From a virus: a stretch of 64,000 bases of DNA. A program made the translations under genes and the position numbers. Below, one piece after another: positions 26,215 through 36,195 of the stretch; within the stretch, counting starts at the first letter, position 1, and every line of letters begins with the position of its first letter. Location: positions 1 through 64,000 of IMG/VR virus record IMGVR_UViG_3300027749_000065; one strand, written 5' to 3'. Below the pieces are notes generated by a model, which saw only the letters and a program-made list of their open reading frames with translations, was not told where the DNA came from and ran no database searches.

Positions 26215-29130
26215 ATGTCAAATAAATATATAACACAATTACCTCGAATCACATCACCTCAATTTTCTGGTGAAACAATATATGATAATGGTACAACCAC
26301 ATATAAAATGTCATTACAGACTTTAACTGATTTTTTAATAGATAAGATTAATAATGAAAATCTAATTGATGTAACATATTCAGAATTGACGAGTAACATA
26401 ACCGGATCAACTTTAAAACCTGGTTATTATTATAATATAACCAATTTTAAAACTTGTTATGACCAACCTGATTTTAATAGTTACGGAAATGAAATTATAG
26501 GTAATAACTATAAACAATCCGAAGTCGAACCTATTATTGTTTTTGCCATAAGTGCGAATACGATTAGTTCAACTGCATATCAACCAAAATACCCAAAAGA
26601 TAGAATTCAATATGATTGGACATTTAATATAACCGAAAGAACTAACGGAGTCGCTTATGGTAGAATATCTGAAAGGATTGACGAATTCAATAACAGAACA
26701 GATTATGACCATAGAACAATTTTATTTAAAAGATATGAATATATTGAAATAGATTTTAATAACCCATATACAGGGACAGTATCAATATCACCCACTTCAG
26801 GTACTGAAATGATTGTAAATGGAACTGATACAATTTTTACAAATTCATCTATTGGAGAGTACGTTGGGTTTGAATTCAATAATAATTTCAACGCTTATGA
26901 AATAACATCTATTAGTAGTGACACTTTAATGACGATAACAGGTTTAACCAATACCAATTCTGGTGGTGGAGTTCAGATGTTTTTAGCCTATGGTCAAACG
27001 AACACAAGTTATAAACAAAATAACATCACGACAGGATATACTGAATATTATACATTTGATTATGGTAATTTTAATGTAAATAACTATATTGGTAATTTTG
27101 CAAATTCATATGTCTATGACGAGAATTCTTTCATATTAGCAAATAATGTATTTCATGGGTCAGGATATAGAAATAACAAATTTGGGGATATGTGTTATAA
27201 CAATTCATTTGATAATGATTGTGAAAATAATACAATAGGTAATTACTTTTACAATAACATTACAGATAATGATTTTGATGGTAACATTATTGGGAATTGG
27301 TTTAATAATAACAGAATTACGTCAAAATTCCAATACAATAGAATTGGTGAAAATTTTCAATTTAACTACCTTGTTCAAAATAGGTTTTATAGAAATAATA
27401 TTATGAATGGTTTTGAATATAATATTGTAAGTGGTGGAAATTTTCAAAACAACGAAATTGGTAGTGGATTTAATAATAATATACTTCGTAATGGTCAGTT
27501 TTATAAAAATGACATAGGTAATGGATATAATTTTAATAAAGTATATTCTAATTCCTTCAGTAATTTAATTGGAAATGGGTTCGCAGGTAATAACATTTAT
27601 TGTGAGTTTTACGAAAATACAATTGGTGAATATTACAACAATAATACATTAGGTAACATATCAAATCCATCAAGTAAAGAATTTTATAAAAACAGAATAG
27701 GGAATAGTTTTAATGGTAATGTAATTACCAATAATTTTTTTAAAAATGATATGGGTAATGATTTCTATAATAATAATATAAGCGGAGAAACATATACCAA
27801 TAAAATCGGTGAACGATTTGAAAATAATACAATATATAACGATTTTTACGATAATCAAATATTTAACGAGTTTAAAGGTAATATGATATATCAGAGTTTT
27901 TACCAGAATAGATTAGATTTCGGATTCGGTGGATTTGGTGGAAATCATTTTAGTGGGACTTGTGTTGGTAATACATTTGGTCCTGGTATTAATAGTAATG
28001 ACTTTTTGGGTTCTGTTTACACAAATACATTTAAAGGTGTGGTTTACGGAAACACTATTGGTGATAATTTTAACGGTAATAACATCGGTTTTGGTTTTTT
28101 TGATAATATAATAGGTGAAAATTTTGGATTTGGATCTAGTGAACCACAAGGTAATATTATTGGAAATAATTTTCATAACAACACAATAGGTGAATATTTT
28201 TATAATAATACAATTCCTGATAATTTTTATTATAACAAAGTTGGTAATTATTTTCAATGGAATGTAATTAACACAAATATAGGTAATACTGATTTTACAT
28301 TGAACTACGGAAATATTACAGGGTTTTCTTATGTTTCAAATGGTAATACCGCTGGTAATGCGTTGACCACTAATATTACTGGTGTTACAAATGGAAATGG
28401 TGTTGGTACTCAATTCACAATTACAAGTGATAGTGGTACTATTGTTGGTGTTGACTTGACGAATTGTGGTAAATTTTATTTAGTTAATGATACTATAACA
28501 ATATTAGGAACTCAAATAGGTGGAACAACTCCTACTGATGATGTTGTTATTACAGTTACTGGAACGAGTGAAACTCCTGTGTTTTATGAACACCATACTA
28601 AACAAATGTTTGAAATAAGAGGTGGTAACAAAAGAGTATCGTATTATGATAAAGATGATGTATTAAATTTAGATCCTATTGGTATATCATTTACAATAAA
28701 CTCATCTGATTTTTCGAATGGTTACCATATATATCAAGACACCACTCCTTTAGGTCTTAATGGGACTGGAGGTTTTCAAAATACCGCGTCACAAAATAAT
28801 TTATATCAAGGTTTTTATGGTAATGGATTGAACGGAAATTCATTATCTGAAATAACTGCAGTATATAGTGTGTTAGGTTTTAGTCAATACGATTCAGTTG
28901 GTCGTCTTTGGTATGTAACTTGGGGTGTAGGTAGTTCAGTATCTTCTGGAATTGTGAAATTTGGGTGCGATGTTAATGGTAATTACTTTGATATCCAAAC
29001 AATTGATACTTCTGATACTAATTATTTAACAACAGATAATTCCAATGGTACGAGTTTAGTTGGTACGTTTAAATTCCCTGCAACATTTACAATTTATAAA
29101 CCAATAATAAATAAAATTGGATGGTGTTAA
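26215..29130 (+). CDS. Tail fibre/spike-like protein with beta-helix repeats
   Basis: Start reassigned to ATG 26215 (ATATTTAT 4 nt upstream); KYITQLP N-terminus; many N-x-I-G-N-x-F repeats. Confidence 0.7.
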   Translation: MSNKYITQLPRITSPQFSGETIYDNGTTTYKMSLQTLTDFLIDKINNENLIDVTYSELTSNITGSTLKPGYYYNITNFKTCYDQPDFNSYGNEIIGNNYKQSEVEPIIVFAISANTISSTAYQPKYPKDRIQYDWTFNITERTNGVAYGRISERIDEFNNRTDYDHRTILFKRYEYIEIDFNNPYTGTVSISPTSGTEMIVNGTDTIFTNSSIGEYVGFEFNNNFNAYEITSISSDTLMTITGLTNTNSGGGVQMFLAYGQTNTSYKQNNITTGYTEYYTFDYGNFNVNNYIGNFANSYVYDENSFILANNVFHGSGYRNNKFGDMCYNNSFDNDCENNTIGNYFYNNITDNDFDGNIIGNWFNNNRITSKFQYNRIGENFQFNYLVQNRFYRNNIMNGFEYNIVSGGNFQNNEIGSGFNNNILRNGQFYKNDIGNGYNFNKVYSNSFSNLIGNGFAGNNIYCEFYENTIGEYYNNNTLGNISNPSSKEFYKNRIGNSFNGNVITNNFFKNDMGNDFYNNNISGETYTNKIGERFENNTIYNDFYDNQIFNEFKGNMIYQSFYQNRLDFGFGGFGGNHFSGTCVGNTFGPGINSNDFLGSVYTNTFKGVVYGNTIGDNFNGNNIGFGFFDNIIGENFGFGSSEPQGNIIGNNFHNNTIGEYFYNNTIPDNFYYNKVGNYFQWNVINTNIGNTDFTLNYGNITGFSYVSNGNTAGNALTTNITGVTNGNGVGTQFTITSDSGTIVGVDLTNCGKFYLVNDTITILGTQIGGTTPTDDVVITVTGTSETPVFYEHHTKQMFEIRGGNKRVSYYDKDDVLNLDPIGISFTINSSDFSNGYHIYQDTTPLGLNGTGGFQNTASQNNLYQGFYGNGLNGNSLSEITAVYSVLGFSQYDSVGRLWYVTWGVGSSVSSGIVKFGCDVNGNYFDIQTIDTSDTNYLTTDNSNGTSLVGTFKFPATFTIYKPIINKIGWC

Positions 29131-29131
29131 T

Positions 29132-29803
29132 ATGATAACAAAAAGACCATATAACACAAGGGGTAATCCTAATACAAGTTGGATTAATTCATATAGGACA
29201 TTTACTTTTCCAGGGTATTTTGATCCAGAATATATGAACTTTGGTGACTTACAAACTATTAACGATGATAGGGTTCAACCGGGTGGACATGTACCAATAC
29301 ACGAACATAAGAATATGGAAATTTTTGGTTATGTCGTGGAAGGTGATTGTAGACACACAGATAGTCATGGTAATGTTTTAGACATACCAGCAGGTTCGGT
29401 TCAAAGAATGAGTAGTGGAAGTGGAATAAAACATACAGAAGGTAACTCATCGGATAAACCAAATCGTTATCTCCAATTATGGATTAGACCAAATGTATTT
29501 GATACTGAACCAATACATGAATGGTATCAATTTACAAGAGAGGATAAACTAAATAAATTTTGTGATATAACTGAAAAATTACCAATAAAACAAGATGCAA
29601 AATTTTTATCTGGTATATTTACTGAAAATTTTAACTATAGACTTAATAGTAGTCGTAAGTACTATTTATATGTTGTGTCAGGTGATTTAAAAGTAAATAA
29701 CTATTCGTTAGTAGAAGGGGACGGATTAAGTTTTATAGAAGAAAATAAAATAGAAATTAATACAGAAAACGAATCTGAAATTATCCTATTTGATTTGGTG
29801 TAA
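29132..29803 (+). CDS. Pirin family protein (YhhW-like)
   Basis: TF.F.GYFDP..MNFG.L..INDD, HEHKNMEI, H.DS.GN, GSGIKHTE, LQLWI. Confidence 0.92.
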   Translation: MITKRPYNTRGNPNTSWINSYRTFTFPGYFDPEYMNFGDLQTINDDRVQPGGHVPIHEHKNMEIFGYVVEGDCRHTDSHGNVLDIPAGSVQRMSSGSGIKHTEGNSSDKPNRYLQLWIRPNVFDTEPIHEWYQFTREDKLNKFCDITEKLPIKQDAKFLSGIFTENFNYRLNSSRKYYLYVVSGDLKVNNYSLVEGDGLSFIEENKIEINTENESEIILFDLV

Positions 29804-29822
29804 AAAATTAAAAATTTAAATT

Positions 29823-30089
29823 ATGAGAATTTGCATATTATGTGAAGAATCTAAAGTTCTTCAAGCAAGAGAAAAAATGAAAAATGATAATATCTTAAAG
29901 ATTGATTTATCACCAACAGGAGAATTACCATCAACACATAAATTATGTGTTATGGCAGTTACCGAAGAAAAAGCAAACCAACTTATGAGTTCAGCTGAAT
30001 TAACTATAATTGAAGCGATGAACCCAAGAGAATTTTTGGAAAAACATAATCTTAAAAAAATTGGAAAGTACGGAATTGGAAACCTATAA
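29823..30089 (+). CDS. Hypothetical protein
   Basis: 88-aa ORF. Confidence 0.6.
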   Translation: MRICILCEESKVLQAREKMKNDNILKIDLSPTGELPSTHKLCVMAVTEEKANQLMSSAELTIIEAMNPREFLEKHNLKKIGKYGIGNL

Positions 30090-30696
30090 AATAAAAAAAA
30101 AGTTTATTACAGAAGATGAAAAAATCCAAATAGTGAATTGGATTGAATCTGTTAATCATATTGGTAATGATAGTAATTATCATTTAACAGAACTATCTAA
30201 AGAACTAAATGGTAAATCTTATATGTTTAACATTTCAAACAATCAATTAACCAATTATATAACAAAATTTCAATCAATATCAGATGTCTCAAAAGAACCA
30301 TTACCTGATTTTATTCATGAAATAAATGATAGAATTTCTAAAGAATTTGGTTTTTCAAAAGAAAATATTTTTTTACAGGCAGTAGATATGAATAAAGGTG
30401 GTAAAATAAACCCACATTATGATGCTTCTATTGATGGGTATATAAATTATAAATGTAACATTAGTGTTTTATCAGAAGATTATGGTTTATATATTGATAG
30501 GGATGTAATTAATATTCAACAAACAGATTTGTATGGATTTGAGGCTTCGTTGTATAAACATTGGACGAATGAGTTTAATTCAAGAAGAATATTTTTAAGT
30601 TTTGGGTTTTTATTAAAATATGAAGATCTTAATAGGAATATAAATGACCCAAGGGTAAGGTTAAGTAAAAGAATAGAAAAATACTTTCAAAAGTAA
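30061..30696 (+). CDS. 2OG-Fe(II) oxygenase
   Basis: PHYD (HxD), distal H (KHWT), R..LSFG; start uncertain (TTG). Confidence 0.7.
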   Translation: MESTELETYKIKKKFITEDEKIQIVNWIESVNHIGNDSNYHLTELSKELNGKSYMFNISNNQLTNYITKFQSISDVSKEPLPDFIHEINDRISKEFGFSKENIFLQAVDMNKGGKINPHYDASIDGYINYKCNISVLSEDYGLYIDRDVINIQQTDLYGFEASLYKHWTNEFNSRRIFLSFGFLLKYEDLNRNINDPRVRLSKRIEKYFQK

Positions 30697-30709
30697 AATA
30701 TTTATAAAT

Positions 30710-31078
30710 ATGGAATTTTATATAAGACAAGGTGCTAGTGACCCAATTTTAAAGTTAAAGTTAATTGATGATGGTATAAATGACAAATCATCAATTAATG
30801 ATTTATTAGAAAATTCAGACATTACATTTGAAATGTCGGAATATAAAACCAATGTACCTGTTATATTGAATGGTCTTTGTTGGACAACATCAAGAACTAA
30901 AAAATATAACATGACTACTGACGAATATTATATTACATTTAGATTTACCGAAGATCAAACATCTCAAATTGGTAAATTTGAAGGTAAATTTATTGTTCAA
31001 TTTGTTGATACAAATAGAAACCCAACCACTAAGTTAATTCTACCTGTAAAAGAAAAACTATACATCAATATTTTTTAA
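30710..31078 (+). CDS. BppU-like virion protein
   Basis: FYIRQG..P.L, ITFEM, F..DQT...GKFEGKF. Confidence 0.55.
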   Translation: MEFYIRQGASDPILKLKLIDDGINDKSSINDLLENSDITFEMSEYKTNVPVILNGLCWTTSRTKKYNMTTDEYYITFRFTEDQTSQIGKFEGKFIVQFVDTNRNPTTKLILPVKEKLYINIF

Positions 31079-31134
31079 TTTGATTTTTTTTGACTATATT
31101 TATTTTTGTTAAGACTAACTACGATTTACTCGTA
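31079..31134 (+). promoter_or_regulatory. Host-type promoter and 5' UTR hairpin of the DNA polymerase gene
   Basis: TTTG (31079-82), 18 nt, TATTTTTG (31101-08); TACGA-TTTAC-TCGTA hairpin at 31120-34. Confidence 0.55.
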
Positions 31135-31164
31135 AGCTAATGTGTCAATTTAAAAATAAAATAT

Positions 31165-34065
31165 ATGTCAGAAGTAATCTCACAGGAACTTATCGAAAGT
31201 TTCCTTAATGGTGGTGACCCCGAACAATTTATAGTCGGAGTAGAATTCAGTTATGCCACGAACAAAATTCACAAAATTATTCAAGATCCTGAAAAAGGTA
31301 AAATTGTAAAAATGGATTCATTTACACCATTCCTATGGGTTGGTGATTTAAATAATCAGAACTTTTACAGTAACAACAAGTCTCTACAAAAACAAAAAAT
31401 GGGTGAACATGGTATTTTAATTGAAAAATTAAATACCGGTGGTAATGAAAGATTGGAAAAGGGTCACAAATTTTTAGTAAAAAGTATTAAAGGTTATAGT
31501 AACTTAACTAACTTCTTTAAACAAGGTGGGATTGACCCTTGGGGTGAAAAACATAGACACCTATTTACCATATTATCTCCTGTTGAACAATATCTAGTTC
31601 AAACAAAGAAACGTTTATTTAAAGGTATTGATGAATATTCAGATGTTTATCGTTTTGTATTCGATATTGAAACCACTGGATTAGAACCTGAGACTTGTAA
31701 TATCATATTGATTGGAGTTAAGGATAATCGTGGTTTAAATAGGACAATTTCCGCGTTTGGTGAAGATGGTGAAAAGAAATGTATTGAAGAATTCTTTAAA
31801 ATAATTAGAGAAAAGAAACCAACAATTATTGGTGGTTATAATTCTGCTTCCTTTGACTTTCCATTTATATTAAAAAGAGCGGAAATATTAGGTGTTAATG
31901 TAAAAGATTTAACAAAAATATTTACTGATGATGGAATTAAACAAAAAGAAGGTATTCTAAAACTTGCAAATGAAGTTGAACCATATACACAACATATTAT
32001 ATGGGGATTTAACATTATTGATATAGCTCACGCTGTTAGAAGAGCACAAGCAATCAATTCAGAAATTAAGAAATGGGGTTTAAAATATATTACCAAATAT
32101 TTGGAAAAAGAAAAACCAAATCGGGTATATGTGGAAGGTAGTTCTATCTCTAAGATATACTTGGATAATGAACAATATTATATGAATCCAAAAACAGGTG
32201 GTTATAGAAAAATGGGTTCTCCGGGTACTGAGAATTTATTAAGTAAATATCCGGGTAAATTTGAGATATGGTCAGGTTCAAGAATTGTTGAACAATACCT
32301 TGATGATGACTTATATGAAACAATGTTAGTGGATGATTCATTTAGTCAGTCTACATTTCTAATATCAAAACTTGTACCTACAACATATGAAAGAATTGCA
32401 ACAATGGGTACAGCTACATTATGGAAAATAATAATGTTAGCGTGGTCATATGAGAATGGTCTTGCTGTTCCATATAAAGCAGAACGTAGACCAATTACTG
32501 GTGGTCTTTCAAGATTATTGAAAGCGGGATTTGCAAAAGACATTGTTAAATTTGACTATGCTTCCCTATATCCTTCAATTCAACTTGTTTATGATATATT
32601 TCCTGAATGTGATATTATGGGTGTGCAGAAATCCATGTTGAAATATTTTCGTAACATTCGTATTAAGTATAAAAGACTTAAAGAAGATAATGAAAAAAGT
32701 AACCCTGAATTAGCGGAATCGTATGATAGAAAACAATTACCAATTAAGATATTCATCAATGCTTACTTTGGTTCATTGTCGGCACCGCATGTATTTCCTT
32801 GGGGTGACATGGATAAAGGTGAAACAATTACTTGTGTTGGTCGTCAATGTTTACGTATGATGATTATGTTCTATATGAAAAAAGGATATAAACCACTCGT
32901 AATGGACACCGATGGGGTTAATTTTGAAACACCTGAAGATATTGAAGAACATGTTTACATTGGTAAAGGTTTAAATGAATTGGTTAAAGAAGGAGAAGAA
33001 TATCGTGGTATTAAAGCAGATACCGCTGAGTTCAATGATATTTTTATGAGAAATGAGATGGGTTTAGATATTGACTATGTTGCAATATCTTGTATTAACG
33101 TATCAAGAAAGAATTATATCATTAAATTAGAGAAGAAAGGAAAGGAAAAGATTAAATTAACAGGTAATACAATAAAATCTAAGAAACTTCAACAGTATAT
33201 TGTGGAATTCTTAGATGAAGGATTAAAATATTTATTAAATGGTGATGGATTATCTTTTGTTGAGTTGTATTATTCTTATGTGGAGAAGATATGTAATAAG
33301 GAAATACCACTTTCCAAGATAGCAAATAAATCTCGTGTTAAACAAAGTGTAGAAGACTATAAGAAACATTGTGAAAAACGAACTAAATCAGGTTCTTTAA
33401 TGTCAAGACAAGCACATATGGAATTAGTTATACAAAACAACTATCCCGCAGGTCTTGGTGAAACAATTTATTATGTAAATAACGGACCTAAGAAATCTTC
33501 TGGTGATGTTGAGAGAAAGAATAAATGGACAAAGAAAGAAACCGAACAATATTTCATTGACAATGGTAAACAAATGCCAGATAACCATTATGTTTTAAAT
33601 GTGAATTGTTATATGATTCCTGAAAAGGAAATAATAGAAAATCCTGATATGGTGGGTGATTATAATGTTGCACGTTATCTAAATAACTTTAACAAACGTG
33701 TTGAACCATTATTGGTAGTATTCAAACCTGAAATAAGAGAAGATATTTTAGTTGAAAACTTAGATGATAGACAATTTTTCACCAAACTTCAATGTGAATT
33801 GGTCAATGGTTTTCCATTAAAAGAAAGTGGTCAAGATAAGTTTGATGAAGTTATGACACTATCTGAAAGTGAAGTTGCTTTTTGGAATAGAGTTCGTAGA
33901 GACCCATATTTTATGTACGTTGAAGATAGTTTAAAACTTGCTGACCCATATTGGGTTGATCATAATAGACGAGTTGTTAATTATGAAGAAGTTTGTACGG
34001 TCAGCAATGAAGATGAATTATTAGGTGATGATTCTGACCTAATGTTACACGCAAATCACGTTTAA
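31165..34065 (+). CDS. DNA polymerase family B
   Basis: Exo FDIETTG, YN..FD; Pol DYASLYPS, K..IN.YFG, DTDG. Confidence 0.96.
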   Translation: MSEVISQELIESFLNGGDPEQFIVGVEFSYATNKIHKIIQDPEKGKIVKMDSFTPFLWVGDLNNQNFYSNNKSLQKQKMGEHGILIEKLNTGGNERLEKGHKFLVKSIKGYSNLTNFFKQGGIDPWGEKHRHLFTILSPVEQYLVQTKKRLFKGIDEYSDVYRFVFDIETTGLEPETCNIILIGVKDNRGLNRTISAFGEDGEKKCIEEFFKIIREKKPTIIGGYNSASFDFPFILKRAEILGVNVKDLTKIFTDDGIKQKEGILKLANEVEPYTQHIIWGFNIIDIAHAVRRAQAINSEIKKWGLKYITKYLEKEKPNRVYVEGSSISKIYLDNEQYYMNPKTGGYRKMGSPGTENLLSKYPGKFEIWSGSRIVEQYLDDDLYETMLVDDSFSQSTFLISKLVPTTYERIATMGTATLWKIIMLAWSYENGLAVPYKAERRPITGGLSRLLKAGFAKDIVKFDYASLYPSIQLVYDIFPECDIMGVQKSMLKYFRNIRIKYKRLKEDNEKSNPELAESYDRKQLPIKIFINAYFGSLSAPHVFPWGDMDKGETITCVGRQCLRMMIMFYMKKGYKPLVMDTDGVNFETPEDIEEHVYIGKGLNELVKEGEEYRGIKADTAEFNDIFMRNEMGLDIDYVAISCINVSRKNYIIKLEKKGKEKIKLTGNTIKSKKLQQYIVEFLDEGLKYLLNGDGLSFVELYYSYVEKICNKEIPLSKIANKSRVKQSVEDYKKHCEKRTKSGSLMSRQAHMELVIQNNYPAGLGETIYYVNNGPKKSSGDVERKNKWTKKETEQYFIDNGKQMPDNHYVLNVNCYMIPEKEIIENPDMVGDYNVARYLNNFNKRVEPLLVVFKPEIREDILVENLDDRQFFTKLQCELVNGFPLKESGQDKFDEVMTLSESEVAFWNRVRRDPYFMYVEDSLKLADPYWVDHNRRVVNYEEVCTVSNEDELLGDDSDLMLHANHV

Positions 34066-35180
34066 ATTATATTAATAGGTGAAGGCATTGCTCTGAACTT
34101 CAAAGATTTATTAAGATTCTCCGCCTCGTTAGCTTTACGTTCCATCATTTTATCGGGGCGGAGTCTTTCTAATCTAGCCATTAATTCTTCAATTAATTTT
34201 AATTTCTCATCTTTACCCTCTGTTAATAATGAAGTGTAATCAAGTTTAATTTCACTATCAGGAACTTTTAAATCTCCTGAATATTTTCCCCAAATTCTAC
34301 CTAAACCTTCTTTAGAAAATGCAATTAGGTATTTTCTAACCCAATTTTGTGAAGGATTGTTTAATTTATCCCAAGTTAATTGTTCAGTCATAACGTCAGA
34401 TGGTAATTTAATCACATCTCTATTTTTATCCAAACAAGTATCCCTATCCATAGTATCATAATACCAATACCAAACTTGGTAATTATTTTGTTGTTTATTT
34501 GCAAAATCAAATCTACCACCTGGTACGTTATATAAATGAACATGTTTTGTTCCATTTGGTCCTGCAGTTATTCTATATGTTACATCACCACCAATTAAAC
34601 GATTTTTAAGATTTCTATCACCCATTCTTAATAATAAATCAAATGCAGGCATCATAAAATAAGAACCAGATGACCCTTGTTGTGCGAAACCACCAATACC
34701 ACCAAAACCTACGCCACCAAGACCACCAAATCCACCTAAAAATGGATCAATAATCGAATCTGATAAAGTGGCACGAGTAAACCATAATAATTCATTAATT
34801 TCACGACCCGCTGGTATTTCATATACTTGTTGATTATTAACAAGATTAAAGAAATCTTTCTTTAATTCCCAAGGACCATTTGCTTGTAATCCAACAATTT
34901 TTGAATATGAATATGTGTATTGTGTTTCATAATCCAAACTTCTTGTAGTAAATGCACGAGTTAATGATTGTGTATCGACATTAAGACCCATTAATGATGA
35001 CCATTGTGATTCAATCAACCAATCACTAACATATTGTTCGTATTCTGAGATAGATAATTCTAAAAAAGTATCCATTTGTTCTTCAGTCAATTCAATACCA
35101 CGAACTGGCATCCCTAAAAGGTGGAAAACTTGTGTATATAATTTTTCTTTATCTATTGGACTAATGATGGTTGATGACAT
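34062..35180 (-). CDS. Neck/head completion protein (T4 gp13-like)
   Basis: LG.PVRGIELTEEQM; WVRKY..A..KE.LG.IWGKY. Confidence 0.75.
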   Translation of the reverse strand: MSSTIISPIDKEKLYTQVFHLLGMPVRGIELTEEQMDTFLELSISEYEQYVSDWLIESQWSSLMGLNVDTQSLTRAFTTRSLDYETQYTYSYSKIVGLQANGPWELKKDFFNLVNNQQVYEIPAGREINELLWFTRATLSDSIIDPFLGGFGGLGGVGFGGIGGFAQQGSSGSYFMMPAFDLLLRMGDRNLKNRLIGGDVTYRITAGPNGTKHVHLYNVPGGRFDFANKQQNNYQVWYWYYDTMDRDTCLDKNRDVIKLPSDVMTEQLTWDKLNNPSQNWVRKYLIAFSKEGLGRIWGKYSGDLKVPDSEIKLDYTSLLTEGKDEKLKLIEELMARLERLRPDKMMERKANEAENLNKSLKFRAMPSPINII

Positions 35181-35183
35181 ATA

Positions 35184-35215
35184 TTTGTTTTATTAAATAA
35201 ATATTACTATATTTG
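35184..35215. promoter_or_regulatory. Overlapping divergent promoters (host-type +, late-type -)
   Basis: TTTG 35184-87, 20 nt, TATATTTG 35208-15 on +; ATATTTAT on - at 35204-35197. Confidence 0.65.
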
Positions 35216-35220
35216 GTTTT

Positions 35221-36195
35221 ATGACATTTAACGATTTCAAAACATTTTTTTCAAGTAACCTAAAATGGGTATATCGAGATAAATGTGATGCAGTATTTAA
35301 AAGACAATTTACTAAAATTGGTAAATATCATTTTTGTGAGAAAAATAATAAATATGGTATTCTCGATGAAGATGGTAGATGGGGGTTTGAAAATACCATA
35401 AATACTAATTCAAGATGTGCATTGGAATTATATAATATTTATCTTGAGTTTGGTAATCAAAAATTAGATTTTTTTGAAAATACAGAATATTCCGTTAATA
35501 AATTATGGAATTTTATTGAAGATAATTTTGAATTACTATTCACATATAATATAGAAACAAAATATTACCATAAGTTTAGACTTATTTGTAATCTTTCTTG
35601 GTCAAGAGGTCAAATAACATCAGTCTTTTTTTATTTAATACATAAAAATATATTTCCTGACACAATTAAAACAATACTTGAGTTAGAAAGAGGATTATTT
35701 TTAGATTTAAAAGGAATAGATGGGTTATTAAATCAAAAAGATGGAACAGAGTTATCTTTACAAATAAAGAGTGGAACTTTTGAAAAGAAGAAATGTTTTT
35801 ATATTATTGATGGTGCTCAGAATGATTTTAATAGTCCAGCCAATTATTATTGTTACATTTATATTGGTGAAGAGAATAATCAAATTATTGTTTTTGAAAA
35901 TAAAAAAGAAGGTATAATGTCAAATAATAGTCAATGTATTATTGACGAAGAAATTGTAAAATATATAGATATGGAAAATAAAGAAAATATATCACAAAAA
36001 CTAATGGAAATACTATTATTTTGTTCAAAAAATGAATTTGTTTTTGAATTAAAAAATAATGAACCAGAAAACGGTTTTAAAATCGAACTTAATCCTGAAA
36101 AAGTGGTAACAATATCAATTAATGATTTTGAAGATAAAGGATTATATAATTTATTGGAAGAGAACTTTAATAAATTAAAGAATCTCCCCCAATAA
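35221..36195 (+). CDS. Hypothetical protein, possible PD-(D/E)XK nuclease
   Basis: D.KGIDG......LQIKS motif. Confidence 0.45.
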   Translation: MTFNDFKTFFSSNLKWVYRDKCDAVFKRQFTKIGKYHFCEKNNKYGILDEDGRWGFENTINTNSRCALELYNIYLEFGNQKLDFFENTEYSVNKLWNFIEDNFELLFTYNIETKYYHKFRLICNLSWSRGQITSVFFYLIHKNIFPDTIKTILELERGLFLDLKGIDGLLNQKDGTELSLQIKSGTFEKKKCFYIIDGAQNDFNSPANYYCYIYIGEENNQIIVFENKKEGIMSNNSQCIIDEEIVKYIDMENKENISQKLMEILLFCSKNEFVFELKNNEPENGFKIELNPEKVVTISINDFEDKGLYNLLEENFNKLKNLPQ

